64,000 nt of DNA from Candidatus Freyarchaeum deiterrae (GCA_037305845.1 CP147778.1:1152001-1216000); one strand, 5' to 3'. Counted from the first letter of the stretch, positions 1 through 8,605 are shown. Numbers and translations are program-made. The notes: generated from the sequence alone by a model not told the origin.

Positions 1-74
1 AAACTCATACTAACGCGCCAACAAAAAACAACCACCAATTTAAATTTATTATGACCAAAAGAAGGTAACCAACC

Positions 75-707
75 ATGGTCGAAGAACAAAAAATAGTAAG
101 AAAAACAGACCCAAAATTCATAGAAGAAATAATCGAATACGGATCAAAATACTTCACAAAAGAAGAAATGGAAAGACTAAGAGCATGTATCCAGTGCGGC
201 ACATGCGTTTCCGGTTGCCCTTCAGGCCGTAGAACTGCTTGGCGTATTAAGAAAATCTTTAGACGGGCTCAGCTGGGGTTGAAGGAAGATGCTCTGAAAG
301 ACGAAGGGCTCTGGGACTGTACCACGTGTTTCACGTGCCAAGAAATCAGAGCTTAGGTTTATTATTACTTACTCTGACTTGAAAGATGTCCCAGAAAGGT
401 GCCTACTACTGATGTTGTTCGTGTGATTCGTAATATTGCTTTTAGGAATGGTATTGCTAATCCGAAGCATTTGGCTACTTGTGGTTATCTTTTCAGGTTT
501 GGTCATGGTGTTCCGATTAATGATGATACTAAGGCGGTTAGGAAGAAGATTGGTTTGGATGAACTTCCTGCTACGGTTCATAAGTATCCTGAGGGTTTGA
601 AAGAGGTTAATACGATAGTTGAGGAAACTGGGTTTAAGAAAGTGGTTGACGACGCTCAGAAAGAGGCTCAACAGAAGGAGGCTCAGAAGAAAGATGAAAA
701 GAAGTAG
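75..707 (+). CDS. hdrC: Heterodisulfide reductase subunit C; two exons (75-344 + 384-707, 197 aa after splicing) separated by a 39-nt BHB intron
   Basis: First motif CIQCGTCVSGCPSGRRT. The second motif WDCTTCFTCQE|RCPRKV is split across ORFs 75-356 and 399-707, which are in the same frame. GHGVPIND motif in the C-terminal part. Directly upstream of and overlapping hdrB. Confidence 0.92.
345..383 (+). other. Putative bulge-helix-bulge (archaeal tRNA-type) intron in hdrC mRNA
   Basis: Central helix CAAG(339-342):CUUG(378-381); 3-nt bulges AAA(343-345) and AAA(382-384); inner helix UCAGAG(346-351):CUCUGA(372-377). In-frame TAG(354) and TGA(375). Removal yields TGC CAA GAA|AGA TGT CCC. Confidence 0.85.
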
Positions 708-1593
708 GTATGCTTACTTTTTGGGGTGTTTGACTCCGAATAGGTATCCTGGTATTGAGGCTGCGACTAAGGATGTGCTTAATACTTTTGATATTGATGT
801 GTTGGAGATGAATGGTGCTTCTTGTTGTCCGGCGCCGGGGGTCTTTGGATCGTTTGATCTTTTTACTTGGTTGACTATTGCGGCTAGGAATCTTACTATT
901 GCTGAGAGTGTGGGTGCAAATATTATGGTTACCTGTAATGGGTGTTTCGGGACTCTCCAGGAGGCTAATGAGATGCTTAAGGAGAATAAGGAGTTGAAGT
1001 CGCAGGTTAACGAGGTTTTGGCTAAGATTGGTAGGGAGTTTAAGGGTACTATTGAGGTTAAACATGTGGTTGATATTCTTAGGAACGAGGTTGGTCTTGA
1101 GAGGATTAGTGATATGACTATTCAGCCTTTGACCGGTGTTAAGGTTGGGGTGCATTATGGTTGCCACTTTTTGAAGCCGAGTTCTGTTAGGAATCAGGGG
1201 AATCCTGAGACTTCGACGATTATGGAGGAAGTGATTGGTGCTGTGGACGCGGTGCCTGTGGATTATAAGGATAAGTTGACGTGTTGTGGTGCTGGCGGTG
1301 GTGTGAGGGCTGCGAAGCTGGATGTGGCTTTGGATTTCACGAAGGAGAAGCTTGACAATATGTTGGCGGCGGGTGCTGATTGTGTCTGTACGCCCTGTGC
1401 TTTTTGTCATTTCCAGTTTGATGCGGGTCAGCAGGAAATCAATTCGAAGAGTAAGAATGGGCATTATAATCTTCCAGTGGTTTATATTACTCAGCTGGTT
1501 GGGTTGGGTTTAGGTATTTCTCCTGTTAGAATGGGGCTGTACGATAATAAGACGCAGGTTCAAACGCTGCTTGACAAGATTCGTGCAGCTTAA
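694..1593 (+). CDS. hdrB: Heterodisulfide reductase subunit B
   Basis: YAYFLGC..RYPGIE start, two CCG domains (SCCPAPG, CNGC, HYGCH, CCGAGGG, CAFCHFQFD). ATG at 694 is preferred over the ORF-track start at 619 and overlaps the hdrC stop. Confidence 0.93.
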   Translation: MKRSRYAYFLGCLTPNRYPGIEAATKDVLNTFDIDVLEMNGASCCPAPGVFGSFDLFTWLTIAARNLTIAESVGANIMVTCNGCFGTLQEANEMLKENKELKSQVNEVLAKIGREFKGTIEVKHVVDILRNEVGLERISDMTIQPLTGVKVGVHYGCHFLKPSSVRNQGNPETSTIMEEVIGAVDAVPVDYKDKLTCCGAGGGVRAAKLDVALDFTKEKLDNMLAAGADCVCTPCAFCHFQFDAGQQEINSKSKNGHYNLPVVYITQLVGLGLGISPVRMGLYDNKTQVQTLLDKIRAA

Positions 1594-1693
1594 TTCCATC
1601 CTTTTTTTACTTAATTTTAACAAAAGAAAAAAATCGGTTTAAGGGAAGGTTTTCCTGTTTTTTTCTTTATTTTTTCTGCTTAAGTTAATGTTT

Positions 1694-2623
1694 TTATGGT
1701 AGCGGTAGCAATATTGTCATTTGGTATAGTGATATTGCGACCAGTATTATGGGTATTATTAGTCCTGTGATTAGTGCTTTGTTTTTGGATATTTTGTGTA
1801 TGTGGATTAAGCCGTACCCGATTAGGATTCCTGTCCAGAGTATTGTTGCGTTGGGTACGATAATTTGTAAAATAAGTGTAAGGGGTGTGCTGATGGCGGT
1901 TTCTATTAATATTTCCCCGAGTATTAATTGTATCATGTATCCTTCTATGCTTGTGGATAGGGGGAACAAGAGGATAGTTGATAATGTTTGTATCTGGGGC
2001 TGGATCATGAAGATGTATATCACGCTGATTGCTGAGCCTATTATTTGGGGTGTTCCAGCGTATGCTAGGATGGTTAGTGTGTTTCTGAAGCTTCCTTCTC
2101 CTTTAAGGGCTTTAGAGAGGGCCCAGTAGATTACGGCGAAAATTGGCCATAGTATTACTATTTCTACTATTGGGAGTATAATTAATAGTGGCAGGGTTAC
2201 GGAGAGAGCTGAGTTTGTGATTGATATTATTAGTATTTGCTGAGTAATGACAGAGATGTTGGGGAGCCATGACTGAATTAAGGATGTGCTTGTGAGGAGA
2301 ATGATTGTGTTATCGATTGGTGCTGTTAATTCGCTTGTGGCGATGGCTTGAATTGATGCGATTATTATTAACATTAATATTATTAAAAGTGGACCCTTAA
2401 GATCTGGGGATTGAGATATTTCCGTGAATGTTGCATCTGGTTTGTAAAGTGCTCTAGGGATTCTTCTTAGTGCTTCCCTGAATCCAGTTTTGGGAGTTAT
2501 TGCTTCTCCAAATTGGGATTTTAAACTTGAAAGATCTGAACCGCAATGCGGGCACGTAGTGTCCTTTGGCGAAATTACGCCTCCGCAGTAAGGGCAAAAT
2601 ATGCGTTGACGACCTTTCCTCAT
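1694..2623 (-). CDS. Zinc-ribbon + Yip1-domain membrane protein
   Basis: N-terminal CPYCG..CPHCG; KPDATFTEI and GEGSFRNTLTILAYAGTP Yip1-like motifs; about 5 TM helices. Confidence 0.75.
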   Translation of the reverse strand: MRKGRQRIFCPYCGGVISPKDTTCPHCGSDLSSLKSQFGEAITPKTGFREALRRIPRALYKPDATFTEISQSPDLKGPLLIILMLIIIASIQAIATSELTAPIDNTIILLTSTSLIQSWLPNISVITQQILIISITNSALSVTLPLLIILPIVEIVILWPIFAVIYWALSKALKGEGSFRNTLTILAYAGTPQIIGSAISVIYIFMIQPQIQTLSTILLFPLSTSIEGYMIQLILGEILIETAISTPLTLILQIIVPNATILWTGILIGYGLIHIHKISKNKALITGLIIPIILVAISLYQMTILLPLP

Positions 2624-2915
2624 TGTTTTTAATCCCCTTTATTAATAGTTAACGTTGTTTAAACGGTGGTTGTCGTTTAATTGGTTTGTTTATAGGTTGT
2701 TTTTATGTTTTTTCTATTTACTACTTCTGGTGGGGTCATATTTATATTTATACTGGGAATATTCGGATATAACAAAAAATTTCTATTATTAAGCATTGCA
2801 GTTTAGTGTTTAGTAATGCTTTTAAGCTTAGGATTTAGATGGGAATTTCATATGATAATATCGTGTTGAGCCAAGGTTTGCAGAGATATGCAATTATTCT
2901 TGGAGGTGCAAAGCT

Positions 2916-3404
2916 CTGGGAAAAATAAGACCTTCTTATATTAAAAGGATTGCAAAAACCCTAGCTGAAAAATTTCCGAACGTCTTCACCAGTAACTTTG
3001 ATGATGATAAGAAGCTCGTAAGTAAGTACACAAATGTAGAATCCAAAAAAGTTCGAAACAGAATAGCAGGCTATGTTGCAAGCATCGTGAAGTTCAGCCA
3101 ATATGAATACGTAGCTCCAGAGGAAGAGGAACTTCCAGAAGATTACACAGAATATGACTTTACCAGAAGAAAAGAAGCAAAAGAAGAAGCAGAAGAAGAG
3201 GCTGAAGAAGAAGTCTTAGAAGAAGCAGAAGAAGAAGAGATTATTGAAGAGGTAGCTGAAGAAGAAACTGGAAAGAAGAAGAAAGAGAAAACAAAGAAGG
3301 AAAAACCTGAGAAGAAAGAGAAAACAAAGAAGGAAAAACCTGAGAAGAAAGAGAAAACAAAGAAGGAAAAACCTGAGAAGAAAGAGAAAACAAAGAAGAA
3401 GTGA
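2916..3404 (+). CDS. rps17e: 30S ribosomal protein eS17 (S17e) with acidic and Lys-rich C-terminal extension; probable CTG start
   Basis: The frame upstream of ORF 3087 reads (M)GKIRPSYIKRIAKTLAEKFPNVFTSNFDDDKKLVSKYTNVESKKVRNRIAGYV, the S17e signature. SD GGAGGTG at 2902-2908. No in-frame ATG/GTG/TTG back to the TAA at 2856. Confidence 0.92.
   Translation: MGKIRPSYIKRIAKTLAEKFPNVFTSNFDDDKKLVSKYTNVESKKVRNRIAGYVASIVKFSQYEYVAPEEEELPEDYTEYDFTRRKEAKEEAEEEAEEEVLEEAEEEEIIEEVAEEETGKKKKEKTKKEKPEKKEKTKKEKPEKKEKTKKEKPEKKEKTKKK
3278..3398 (+). repeat. 33-bp tandem repeat (3 full copies + partial) encoding KKEKTKKEKPE
   Basis: gaagaaagagaaaacaaagaaggaaaaacctga starting at 3278, 3311 and 3344, partial copy at 3377. 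Confidence 0.95.
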
Positions 3405-3600
3405 AATTTAGGTTAATCTAACCAATTTTACATTTTACCTCATTATGGGTGAAAAATGTGGCTATTTTCATCCTAGTTTTTGATTTTTCTGTAACACAGA
3501 AGAGTGGCTATTTAAAATAAGGAATGCCTTTGAATTAATTATGGCACTTGTTTCTGTGTGGAATTTCCGCGAAATATTTTTATTGATTTAGTGCTTTTTT

Positions 3601-4731
3601 GTGTGTAATCATAAACTTGTGACCGAACGCAGCTTATGTTTCCTAGTCAGAAGTTTTGGAGGCAGGAATATTCTACCGAAAGATGTTTCAAGGCTTCTTA
3701 ATTCTTTAAATTTCTATCCTTCCGTATGGCGTAGCCGTGGATACTGTGCACCTGAAGAAGTGGATCTTAAGCCCACTTTGAAGTGTAATCTAAAGTGTAA
3801 GATGTGTTTTCAGCGTAAGTTGTCTGAGGAGTATCGTAGAAAGATGTACGAGTCCGAGCTCCCAACAGAGACATATCTTAATTTAATAGAGGAACTAGCT
3901 AAAATGGGTACTAGGCGAGTGCATGTGGTTGGTGGCGGAGAGCCTCTTCTTAGGAAGGATATTTTGGAGATTATGACTTCTATAAAGAAATACGGAATGG
4001 AAGGAGTTCTAACTACTAACGGCACTCTGTTTAGTGAGAATTTGATTAGGGAAATGGTTAAATTAAATTGGGACATTGCTATGTTCTCCGTCGACGGACC
4101 TATGGCTGATGTTTATGAGGACATTCGTGGGGTTAACGGTTCTTTCGATAAGGTTTATTCCTCCATGAAAACTTTAAGCGGAGTTAAAGCAGAATACGGT
4201 GTTGTTAAACCGCTTTTGCACATTCACTGTGTGATACTGAACCTGAACTTTATGATTATCGATGAAATGATTGATTTGGCACATGATGTGGGTGCAAATA
4301 TTGTTACTTTTGACAAGTATTATCCAGAGTATGAAGAGTTAATTCTCAAAAAAGAGGATATTCCAGTAACACTTAAAAATCTCCAAAAAGCATATGAGAA
4401 GGCCCAAAAATACGGGATATACATAAATGTTGAAGACTTTCTTTCGATGTGGATGAAACCATCACCCCAAACGAGATGCTACTGGCCCTGGCTTTATGCA
4501 GATATTGATCCCAACGGCGACATATTACCCTGCTGCTTTAGCCGCGATGTTATGGGAAATATTAAGAATCATAGTTTCAGACAAATTTGGGATGGTGAAA
4601 AATACAACGAGCTCCGAAAACTCTTCAAGAAAAAAGAATTACCAGACTTCTGCGAAGGATGCACGCTTTACCCGGGACTAATAAACCGCATTCCTCTAGG
4701 CAAAGCACTTCACAGTTTAAGACTAACCTAA
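3601..4731 (+). CDS. Radical SAM/SPASM-domain protein
   Basis: CNLKCKMC, GGGEPLL, TTNGTL; C-terminal CYWPW..GDILPCC..MGNI..C..C SPASM/twitch motif. Exact start uncertain. Confidence 0.85.
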   Translation: MCNHKLVTERSLCFLVRSFGGRNILPKDVSRLLNSLNFYPSVWRSRGYCAPEEVDLKPTLKCNLKCKMCFQRKLSEEYRRKMYESELPTETYLNLIEELAKMGTRRVHVVGGGEPLLRKDILEIMTSIKKYGMEGVLTTNGTLFSENLIREMVKLNWDIAMFSVDGPMADVYEDIRGVNGSFDKVYSSMKTLSGVKAEYGVVKPLLHIHCVILNLNFMIIDEMIDLAHDVGANIVTFDKYYPEYEELILKKEDIPVTLKNLQKAYEKAQKYGIYINVEDFLSMWMKPSPQTRCYWPWLYADIDPNGDILPCCFSRDVMGNIKNHSFRQIWDGEKYNELRKLFKKKELPDFCEGCTLYPGLINRIPLGKALHSLRLT

Positions 4732-4749
4732 AAAGCCGTAGGCTTTAGT

Positions 4750-5490
4750 CTATTTTTTAGTGTAGAAATCAAGAGATGTGGGTTTTTTCGGTAGGGGCAG
4801 CTCTATAATAGTTATTTTCTCTGTTAGGGGAAGGGCAACATTATAAACCGGTGTGTTTGCAACCTCTGCGTAACTCTTACCCATATGAGCATGCCCATGA
4901 ATCACGAAGTCTAACCTGTTACCAAGAATCAGTTTTTCGTATTTTTGGCTCCCCAGCTCAGGATACTTGGAAGGGTTTTCATCCACCAAAGTTTTGTAGG
5001 TTGGAGGATAGTGAAGTAATAAGCATTTATAGTCGGATTTTAGTTCCGAGATTAGTTTTCCAACCCTTTCCCTCGTTTCATTGTAGGTTCGCCATATATT
5101 TTGCATATTCCTTGTTTGCCAAAAAGTGGGCCTATCCAGTGAACCCTTTGAGGCAACAATGCCTAGGGTTTCGCCTCCGGATTCGAGAACGTAGGTTTCC
5201 TCCTCCAGAAATTGGATTTTACCTGATGCCTTTTTTCGGATGTCCTCATGTAATTGTTCATATTCTTCGTTCCCAAAAACTGCAACAATGGGGCAGTCAA
5301 CTCTAATCGCTTCCACAACTCTCTCTACCTCTTCTGTTTCACCCTTGTAAATGATGTCTCCCGCCAGAACAAATAAATCAATACTCTTAAGGTCTATACT
5401 AGATAATGCTTTGTTTAAAAGCTGAAGATTTTTTGGAGAGTGAATATCGGAAACCGCGGCAATCTTCAATTGTATCTCATCCCTTTTCAA
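4750..5490 (-). CDS. Calcineurin-like metallophosphoesterase
   Basis: SDIH, LAGD, GNEE, HYPP and HGHAH motifs. Confidence 0.85.
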   Translation of the reverse strand: MKRDEIQLKIAAVSDIHSPKNLQLLNKALSSIDLKSIDLFVLAGDIIYKGETEEVERVVEAIRVDCPIVAVFGNEEYEQLHEDIRKKASGKIQFLEEETYVLESGGETLGIVASKGSLDRPTFWQTRNMQNIWRTYNETRERVGKLISELKSDYKCLLLHYPPTYKTLVDENPSKYPELGSQKYEKLILGNRLDFVIHGHAHMGKSYAEVANTPVYNVALPLTEKITIIELPLPKKPTSLDFYTKK

Positions 5491-5555
5491 TGAAAAAATG
5501 TTTCAAACCCTTTTTTAGGGTTGCTACGCTATTCTATAGTTGAATATGTCGATGG

Positions 5556-6632
5556 GTGAATTTTTTGAAGCCGAAGGAACGCGTGCTAATCGCTTTGAAT
5601 CACGGAATTCCCGATAGAGTGCCGATATACGATATGGGAATTGATAGCCCTATAGTGTTGAAGCTTATGAATGCTGAGGTGTACTCTTGGGAATTGGCTG
5701 TTGAATGCCATAAAAAAATTGGTTTAGATATGATTACAGCCTGGCCGGAAACATTCCCCCTAGAATGGTTCACAGATGATAAGGGGCGGAGAGGATTTAT
5801 CGATGAATGGGGGCGGAAGCGAATATTTACCGAGGATGGAACGAAGTGGTACGCGGGAGGGATAATAAATTCAGAGGAAATCTTCAATTCTTGGAACTGG
5901 CCAGACCCCACCCTACAAAAGCGGTACTTAGATGTGGAGAAAACATTGAAACTTGCCTCTGAGCTTGCCGTTATAGGATTCGTAGGTGGCCCATTTGAGA
6001 GAGCTGCACTTGGCAGAGGACACCAGTCTATATTAATGGACTTCTTCAAAAACCCAAGCTTCGTCAGAAGGCATATGAGTAAAATTATGGAATACTGGAT
6101 TGAAGTCGGAAAAATAGAAATAGACATGGGTGTCGATGCCATTATAATTGCCGATGACTATGCCCACAAATCTGGTCCTTTCTTCTCTCCGAAAATATTT
6201 GAAAACCACATTCTACCCCTTCTCAAAAAAGAGATCTATGTCTTCAAGAAGAAAGGTGTAAAGGTCATACATCATTCGGATGGATATATTATACCTCTCA
6301 TCCCAGACTTGATCAAGGCGGGCATTGACGGCTTGCACTCCCTGGAACCCGCTGCGGGAGTAGATATTGGGCAGGTGAAAAAAAGTTATGGAGACAGCCT
6401 TGTTTTGGTGGGGAACATTGACTGCGGCTCTCTACTATCTTTCGGAAAAACAGAGGAAGTCAAAAAAGTAGTTAGAGAAACTATCACTAAGGCAGCTCCT
6501 GGAGGAGGGTATATCTTTAGTTCAAGCAATAGTCTTCACCGAGGAGTTAAGACAGATAACATTCTTGCAATGATTGAGGAAGCGAAAAAATTCAAATACA
6601 AAGACTCAACAATAAAAGAAGACTTGCAGTAA
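5556..6632 (+). CDS. Uroporphyrinogen decarboxylase (URO-D/MtaA-like) family protein
   Basis: PKERVLIALNHGIPDRVP, DEWG, HHSDG, GNID and GGGYIFSSSN motifs. Confidence 0.8.
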   Translation: MNFLKPKERVLIALNHGIPDRVPIYDMGIDSPIVLKLMNAEVYSWELAVECHKKIGLDMITAWPETFPLEWFTDDKGRRGFIDEWGRKRIFTEDGTKWYAGGIINSEEIFNSWNWPDPTLQKRYLDVEKTLKLASELAVIGFVGGPFERAALGRGHQSILMDFFKNPSFVRRHMSKIMEYWIEVGKIEIDMGVDAIIIADDYAHKSGPFFSPKIFENHILPLLKKEIYVFKKKGVKVIHHSDGYIIPLIPDLIKAGIDGLHSLEPAAGVDIGQVKKSYGDSLVLVGNIDCGSLLSFGKTEEVKKVVRETITKAAPGGGYIFSSSNSLHRGVKTDNILAMIEEAKKFKYKDSTIKEDLQ

Positions 6633-6751
6633 AAAAGTTTCTAAGATTTTTAAGTATGTTGAAAGCGATTACTAAGCATTACCCCCTAATTAAATAGTCA
6701 GAGCCCTTCCTAAGAATTCTAAAGAAGAAGAACGGCACTAAAGAAGTAAAT

Positions 6752-7058
6752 ATTGGGAAACGTTCTCCGATAACCCTCAGATCCATAGTTTATGGCAGCT
6801 TGGTGGGTGTACTATACATTTTTCTTGCAGTGTATGTGAGTCTTACAACAGGTGTGATTTTTATTTGGGGGATTACTATACTGGGATGCATACTCCTCTC
6901 AGTACGGGGGAGGTATAATCCCGAGGAAAAACGTGGTATTAAGTTCAATAGTAGACGGAACAGTTTGTGTATCCGCAGGCGTAGTTGCAGGTTTACCAGC
7001 CGTTGTTATTTTTGCGGGTAGAACCCTGTTTTACAGTGCCGAGTTTATTTTTTGTTAA
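6752..7058 (+). pseudogene. Frameshifted, truncated N-terminal remnant of an OPT-family oligopeptide transporter
   Basis: ITLRSIVYGSLVGVLYIFLAVYVSLTTG...YNPEE; removing one A from the A5 run at 6927-6931 continues NVVLSSIVDGTVCVSAGVVAGLPAVVIF, which resembles the OPT N-terminus. No canonical start, and it runs into the 3' end of the HAD gene. Confidence 0.55.
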
Positions 7059-7754
7059 TAGTTCAGGTATAATTAAGGAGATGTCTTTTAAAATCAGGTC
7101 CGCTCCCGCTGATTTCAATTCGTCGGCTGAGTGTCCCGATGATAGAACTCCTATGGATTTTGCGCCTACGTTTTGGGCGGAAATCATATCGGTTGGATGA
7201 TCACCAACTATAATTGCTTGTTCGGCTGTAACTCCGAGTAAAGATAGTGTCTTATACAAGTGATGTGAGTCGGGTTTGGGTTTTTCCACATCATCCCTTG
7301 CAACGATAACATCAAAGAAAGAGCGGATTCCCACGCGATCGAGAAGAGAATTGACAGTGGAGTTCTTATTGAGGGTAAAAATCCCTAATTTGAATCCTTT
7401 GCTCTTGAGCTTTTGAAGGACTTCAATCGTTCCAGGGATTAGTGAGGTTTTATGAGCAGCTTCAATCTCGTACTTTTCGATAGCTTGGTCAATTTCTTTT
7501 GACATACTGGCAATCTTTATGTCTGAGTCTTTCTGAGAACTAATAATGGGAGTTGATTTTTCAACCATCTTGGCTATTGTTTGATCTAGTGAGAGTATCG
7601 ACGCGGGGGCTCCGTATTTTACGAGAATTTTTATTACGTCTTTTCGGGCGGAAAAGACATCAATTTTAAAGTAGACGAGGGTTCCATCGCAGTCAAAAAC
7701 AAAAGCCTTCTTTCCCTCTAACAAGTTATTATTACCGCTTACACCGTTAACCAA
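6993..7754 (-). CDS. HAD-superfamily hydrolase (phosphoglycolate phosphatase-like)
   Basis: FDCDGTL, KPKPD and VGDHPTD motifs. Confidence 0.88.
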   Translation of the reverse strand: MVNGVSGNNNLLEGKKAFVFDCDGTLVYFKIDVFSARKDVIKILVKYGAPASILSLDQTIAKMVEKSTPIISSQKDSDIKIASMSKEIDQAIEKYEIEAAHKTSLIPGTIEVLQKLKSKGFKLGIFTLNKNSTVNSLLDRVGIRSFFDVIVARDDVEKPKPDSHHLYKTLSLLGVTAEQAIIVGDHPTDMISAQNVGAKSIGVLSSGHSADELKSAGADLILKDISLIIPELLTKNKLGTVKQGSTRKNNNGW

Positions 7755-7930
7755 TCAAATGACACCCATAAAGCCCTGTTAATACATGTTCAGAATAAGA
7801 TAAGAAATCTTTAAATTTTTGTATTTATTTCCCGCAATGTTTTGTAATTTCAATAGGACTGGATAGGAGGACACTAAAAGGGTAATGACATTTTTGAGAC
7901 ATAATTCACTCTATTTTTCAATTCAGGTTC

Positions 7931-8605
7931 TTAGGTACTTTTGATTTTTATCTTTTTCATTTTTAGTAGAGTGTGTGATAACTTTGTAACATTTTCTATG
8001 CTTTGCCCTATTTCTTGAGCCACTTGTTCTAGTGTTTTTTCTCCGTTAAGAAGCATGTAAAAAATTAAAACCCAATCATTTAAATTTTTTAAATCATTAA
8101 AATCTGGACTATCTATTAAATTTTCCAAAGTTGTATTTTTACTAAAAACTGTTTCGCGTGTAATTAACGGTGGATTTTTTTCAGTCGGTTTTTTAATATT
8201 TATTAATGCATTCCAGGCTTCTTGTTCCTCCCTTTTTTCTGTTCTAACTCTTGGAATAGTAACTGTTTCATTGTTCACTGGGAGTATGGTTTTGTTTTCT
8301 ATGTAATCTCTTAACTTATTCAAAGCCTTGTTAAATTCCAAGTAGAAAGTCCCTAAATTGGGTGCCTTGTATGAAGATAGGACAAACACATAGTTTCCAA
8401 AACGGGCTATAATGACTCTGCTAGTCGCCCTTTCGAGTATTGCGCGTTCGACGGTAATATTTAGAGCAAAGAAAGATTTCACAAGCTTGGTTGTTTCCTC
8501 ATCAACATGGGACACGAGGGTCTCCCCATTTGAGGTGAAAAGAGCGCATTTATCTACATAGTTTGAGTTCTCTATCTTGCCCAAAACTTCCTCGAACTGT
8601 TCCAA
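7931..8605 (-). CDS. Roadblock/LC7-like domain + C-terminal winged helix protein
   Basis: CALFTSNGETLVS...VIIARFGNYVFVL..PNLGTFYLEFNKALNKL roadblock pattern; C-terminal LLNGEKTLEQVAQEIG wHTH. Confidence 0.6.
   Translation of the reverse strand: MEQFEEVLGKIENSNYVDKCALFTSNGETLVSHVDEETTKLVKSFFALNITVERAILERATSRVIIARFGNYVFVLSSYKAPNLGTFYLEFNKALNKLRDYIENKTILPVNNETVTIPRVRTEKREEQEAWNALINIKKPTEKNPPLITRETVFSKNTTLENLIDSPDFNDLKNLNDWVLIFYMLLNGEKTLEQVAQEIGQSIENVTKLSHTLLKMKKIKIKST

Noticed and set aside
342-384. hdrC insert as a mini-transposon with a GAAA target duplication, or as Sec/Pyl readthrough
   Set aside because: The inverted repeat is not terminal (an extra CTT pairs with exon sequence, as a BHB requires). 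Readthrough would need both TAG and TGA suppressed and would add 13 aa inside the CxxxC spacing.
634-1464. 276-aa antisense ORF and the many other shadow ORFs (e.g. 41048-41614, 5600-6142)
   Set aside because: They lie opposite well-supported genes and are a by-product of biased codon usage; no recognisable motifs.
2881-2920. Second BHB intron supplying an ATG for eS17
   Set aside because: The two 3-nt unpaired segments face each other (an internal loop) rather than being staggered, and canonical cuts give an out-of-frame product.
3278-3398. 33-bp repeats as a CRISPR array
   Set aside because: Head-to-tail with no spacers, in frame in a CDS, and no cas genes.
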